Both the position numbers and the translations under genes were made by a program. This document shows, in pieces, positions 61,927 to 64,000 of a stretch of 64,000 bases of DNA; positions within the stretch are counted from its first letter, which is position 1; each line of letters opens with the position of its first letter. The stretch comes from an uncultured Verrucomicrobiae bacterium (GTDB taxonomy: Bacteria > Verrucomicrobiota > Verrucomicrobiia > Chthoniobacterales > Chthoniobacteraceae), in assembly GCA_963828525.1 (NCBI GenBank), contig CAWHEP010000002.1, forward strand, positions 320,001 to 384,000, in the 5' to 3' direction. Below the pieces are notes generated by a model. That model was given only the letters and a program-made list of their open reading frames with translations. It was not told the DNA's origin and ran no database searches.

Positions 61927-62664
61927 ATGCATCAGTTCATGCCTCTTGCTACTCCGTTGCCGGACAACGCGGCGGGCCCGTGCGTTTGTGCCGTTATGCC
62001 GGTTTACAACGAAGCGGCCACGATTGGTGAGATCGTCAAAATGGTAACTGCCCAACCTTGTGTGGCGGAGCTTATCATTGTAGATGACGCGTCCACGGAC
62101 GGTACCTGGGAGACTTTGCAGCGGCTTCCCGAAGATCCCCGGATTAGGACCTTTCGCCATGAGACTAACAGGGGAAAGGGTGCAGCCTTGCGCACTGGCA
62201 TATCTTCTGCCACTGCGGATATAGTCATCATTCAGGATGCGGATATGGAGTATGATCCGGCTGAATACCAGATACTGATTCAGCCCATTGTGCTTGATCG
62301 TGCGGATGTTGTTTTTGGATCGCGGTTCAACGGCGCGGGCGCGCATCGGGTTCTTTACTACTGGCATTCAATCGGGAATAGGTTGCTGACAACCCTTTCC
62401 AACATGGCGACGAATCTAAACCTGAGTGACATGGAGACTTGTTACAAAGTATTTCGCCGGGAGGTCATCCAACAGATCACCATCCAGGAGGACCGGTTCG
62501 GCTTTGAACCCGAAATCACGGCCAAAGTGGCTCGCGCTGGAGTGCGAATTTACGAGGTGCCTATATCTTATTATGGCCGTACTTATGCAGAAGGTAAAAA
62601 GATAAACTGGCGCGATGGCATCCAGGCTCTCGTGTGCATTTTCAGGTATAACTTTACCAGATAG
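61927..62664 (+). CDS. GT2 glycosyltransferase (DPM synthase-like)
   Basis: [30 protein letters not shown] and FGFEPEIT motifs. Confidence 0.92.
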   Translation: MHQFMPLATPLPDNAAGPCVCAVMPVYNEAATIGEIVKMVTAQPCVAELIIVDDASTDGTWETLQRLPEDPRIRTFRHETNRGKGAALRTGISSATADIVIIQDADMEYDPAEYQILIQPIVLDRADVVFGSRFNGAGAHRVLYYWHSIGNRLLTTLSNMATNLNLSDMETCYKVFRREVIQQITIQEDRFGFEPEITAKVARAGVRIYEVPISYYGRTYAEGKKINWRDGIQALVCIFRYNFTR

Positions 62665-62689
62665 GCGAATTGCAACCATATTGTTACCA

Positions 62690-63424
62690 ATGGCTTTTCC
62701 GATCCCGAACGCTACCGCCACCTCCAATGATTTTGAATTTGCCGCTCTTAACGAGGCGCGGAACTATCGAAAGGCGCTCATTAGCGAGTTTATGCCTTTC
62801 CTGCGCGGAAATCTGATTGAGATTGGGGCAGGGATCGGTCAGACCACGGCACTGCTTGCGGGGATGCGGCAAATCTCACGCCTGATTTCCATCGAGCCGG
62901 ATGCGGCGTTCGCCGAACGCTTCCGTACTACGCACCCCGCGGTTGAGTTTATCGAAGGGACCATCGAGAAGGTGCCGAACGGAACAGAATGGGATGCGAT
63001 TCTAAGTGTCAACGTACTCGAGCATATAGCGGAAGATGAAGCAGAACTTGCCCGCTATGCCCGGGTGCTTGCCGCGCGGCAGGGAGCGCTTTGCCTGTTA
63101 GTGCCTGCGCGCCCGGAAATATACGCTCCTATCGATCGTGATTTTGGGCATTACCGGCGGTACACCCGCTCTCAGTTGTCAGAACAACTGCGGGCGGCGG
63201 GATTCAAGCTGGAGCGTCTGATTTACTTTAACTGCGCAGGGTATTTCGCCTGGTGGTTCAACTTTTGCGTTTTGAAAAAGCGGAGTTTTGAGATCGGCAA
63301 GGTTCGGGCGTATGACCGGGTGATATTCCCGATCGTCCACGCATTCGAGACTTCGGTGATGCGACCTCCTTTCGGACAAAGCCTGCTGGCAGTTGCGCGG
63401 GCGCAAGCGAGCGCCGCACGGTGA
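62690..63424 (+). CDS. Class I SAM-dependent methyltransferase
   Basis: IEIGAGIG, NVLEHI.ED and D..FGHYRRY motifs. Confidence 0.88.
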   Translation: MAFPIPNATATSNDFEFAALNEARNYRKALISEFMPFLRGNLIEIGAGIGQTTALLAGMRQISRLISIEPDAAFAERFRTTHPAVEFIEGTIEKVPNGTEWDAILSVNVLEHIAEDEAELARYARVLAARQGALCLLVPARPEIYAPIDRDFGHYRRYTRSQLSEQLRAAGFKLERLIYFNCAGYFAWWFNFCVLKKRSFEIGKVRAYDRVIFPIVHAFETSVMRPPFGQSLLAVARAQASAAR

Positions 63425-63548
63425 GTGCCAGATTTGGCTTTGAAGCCAAAGCAGAGCAGCGTTTTCGCCGCCGACAGTATCGCCCAATCCATCTAGTACA
63501 TTTGCACTTGCCCCGCCATGCCGGGGCGACATCATCCCCTTCTTTCCC

Positions 63549-64000
63549 ATGTTGATCAGCCTTATCATTCCTGTCCTGAACGAAGCGGACAATCTCCCGC
63601 ACTGCTGGGCTCGGATCACGGAGTTGGCGGGGAAAGAGCCGGGATTTAACTTTGAGGCCATCTTCGTGGACGACGGGAGCGCGGATGAAACGGTGGAAAT
63701 CGCCAAGGGATTGGAGCCCGGTCCGCGGCTTTCCATTCGATTGGTGAAACTGTCGCGGAATTTCGGGCACCAAGGCGCCATCTCGGCCGGGATGACTTAC
63801 GCGAAAGGGGATGCGCTGGTCTTTATGGATGCGGATCTGCAGGACCCGCCGGAGTTAATCCACGAATTCCTGGAGAAGTTCAGCGAAGGGTACGACGTGG
63901 TGTATGCGGTGCGGCGGAGGCGGAAGGAGTCGTGGCTGATCAAGCTCTGCTTCAAAGTATTTTACATGCTGTTCAACGCGATGGCGGAACGGCCCATTCC
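63549..64000 (+). CDS. GT2 glycosyltransferase (GtrB/ArnC-like), truncated by the window end
   Basis: MLISLIIPVLNE, VDDGSAD, LSRNFGHQ, MDADLQDPP and GYDVVYAVR motifs. Confidence 0.9.
   Translation, partial: MLISLIIPVLNEADNLPHCWARITELAGKEPGFNFEAIFVDDGSADETVEIAKGLEPGPRLSIRLVKLSRNFGHQGAISAGMTYAKGDALVFMDADLQDPPELIHEFLEKFSEGYDVVYAVRRRRKESWLIKLCFKVFYMLFNAMAERPI

Noticed and set aside
1..64000. CRISPR array, rRNA, retron or reverse transcriptase, prophage structural genes
   Set aside because: No regularly spaced repeats and no matching motifs seen.

Overview
Bacterial chromosomal window. The gene content (many short GFTLxE prepilin-type genes, TonB systems, glycoside hydrolases) suggests Verrucomicrobiota; this is inference. 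Many genes, including essential trpS, carry 1-bp frameshifts that are most likely long-read indel errors. From left to right: (1) the end of a tRNA-Asn-targeted island with a ParE/RelE-like toxin-antitoxin pair and a duplicated tRNA 3' end at 621-644; (2) a NemR-like TetR oxidoreductase cluster, GH125 and vapBC; (3) housekeeping and signalling genes (fba, hybrid kinase, phoBR, trpS, prc, rsmH); (4) a metal-uptake locus: Fur/Zur, TBDR, exbBD-tonB, nikR, TBDR, DUF4198, DUF2946-like, outer-membrane protein, with visible operators; (5) an accessory region at about 38.4-54.1 kb ending at tRNA-Gly(CCC), holding a second sigma54-driven pilin, a nested mobile element, a HipA-like kinase/DUF3037 pair, a polyvalent-protein-type kinase and two GH2/CBM32 enzymes; (6) an AttFGH-like ABC permease/lipocalin pair and a glycosyltransferase cluster. 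The most striking structure is the nested element: a 1,999-bp transposase-deleted IS1-family element (22-bp TIRs, 8-bp TSD) inserted into a ~270-bp MITE (18-bp TIRs, 4-bp TSD), carrying uncharacterised cargo (a 40-aa ORF, a possibly PLD-like protein and a 3-TM protein). All family assignments come from motif recognition by eye, not from database searches.
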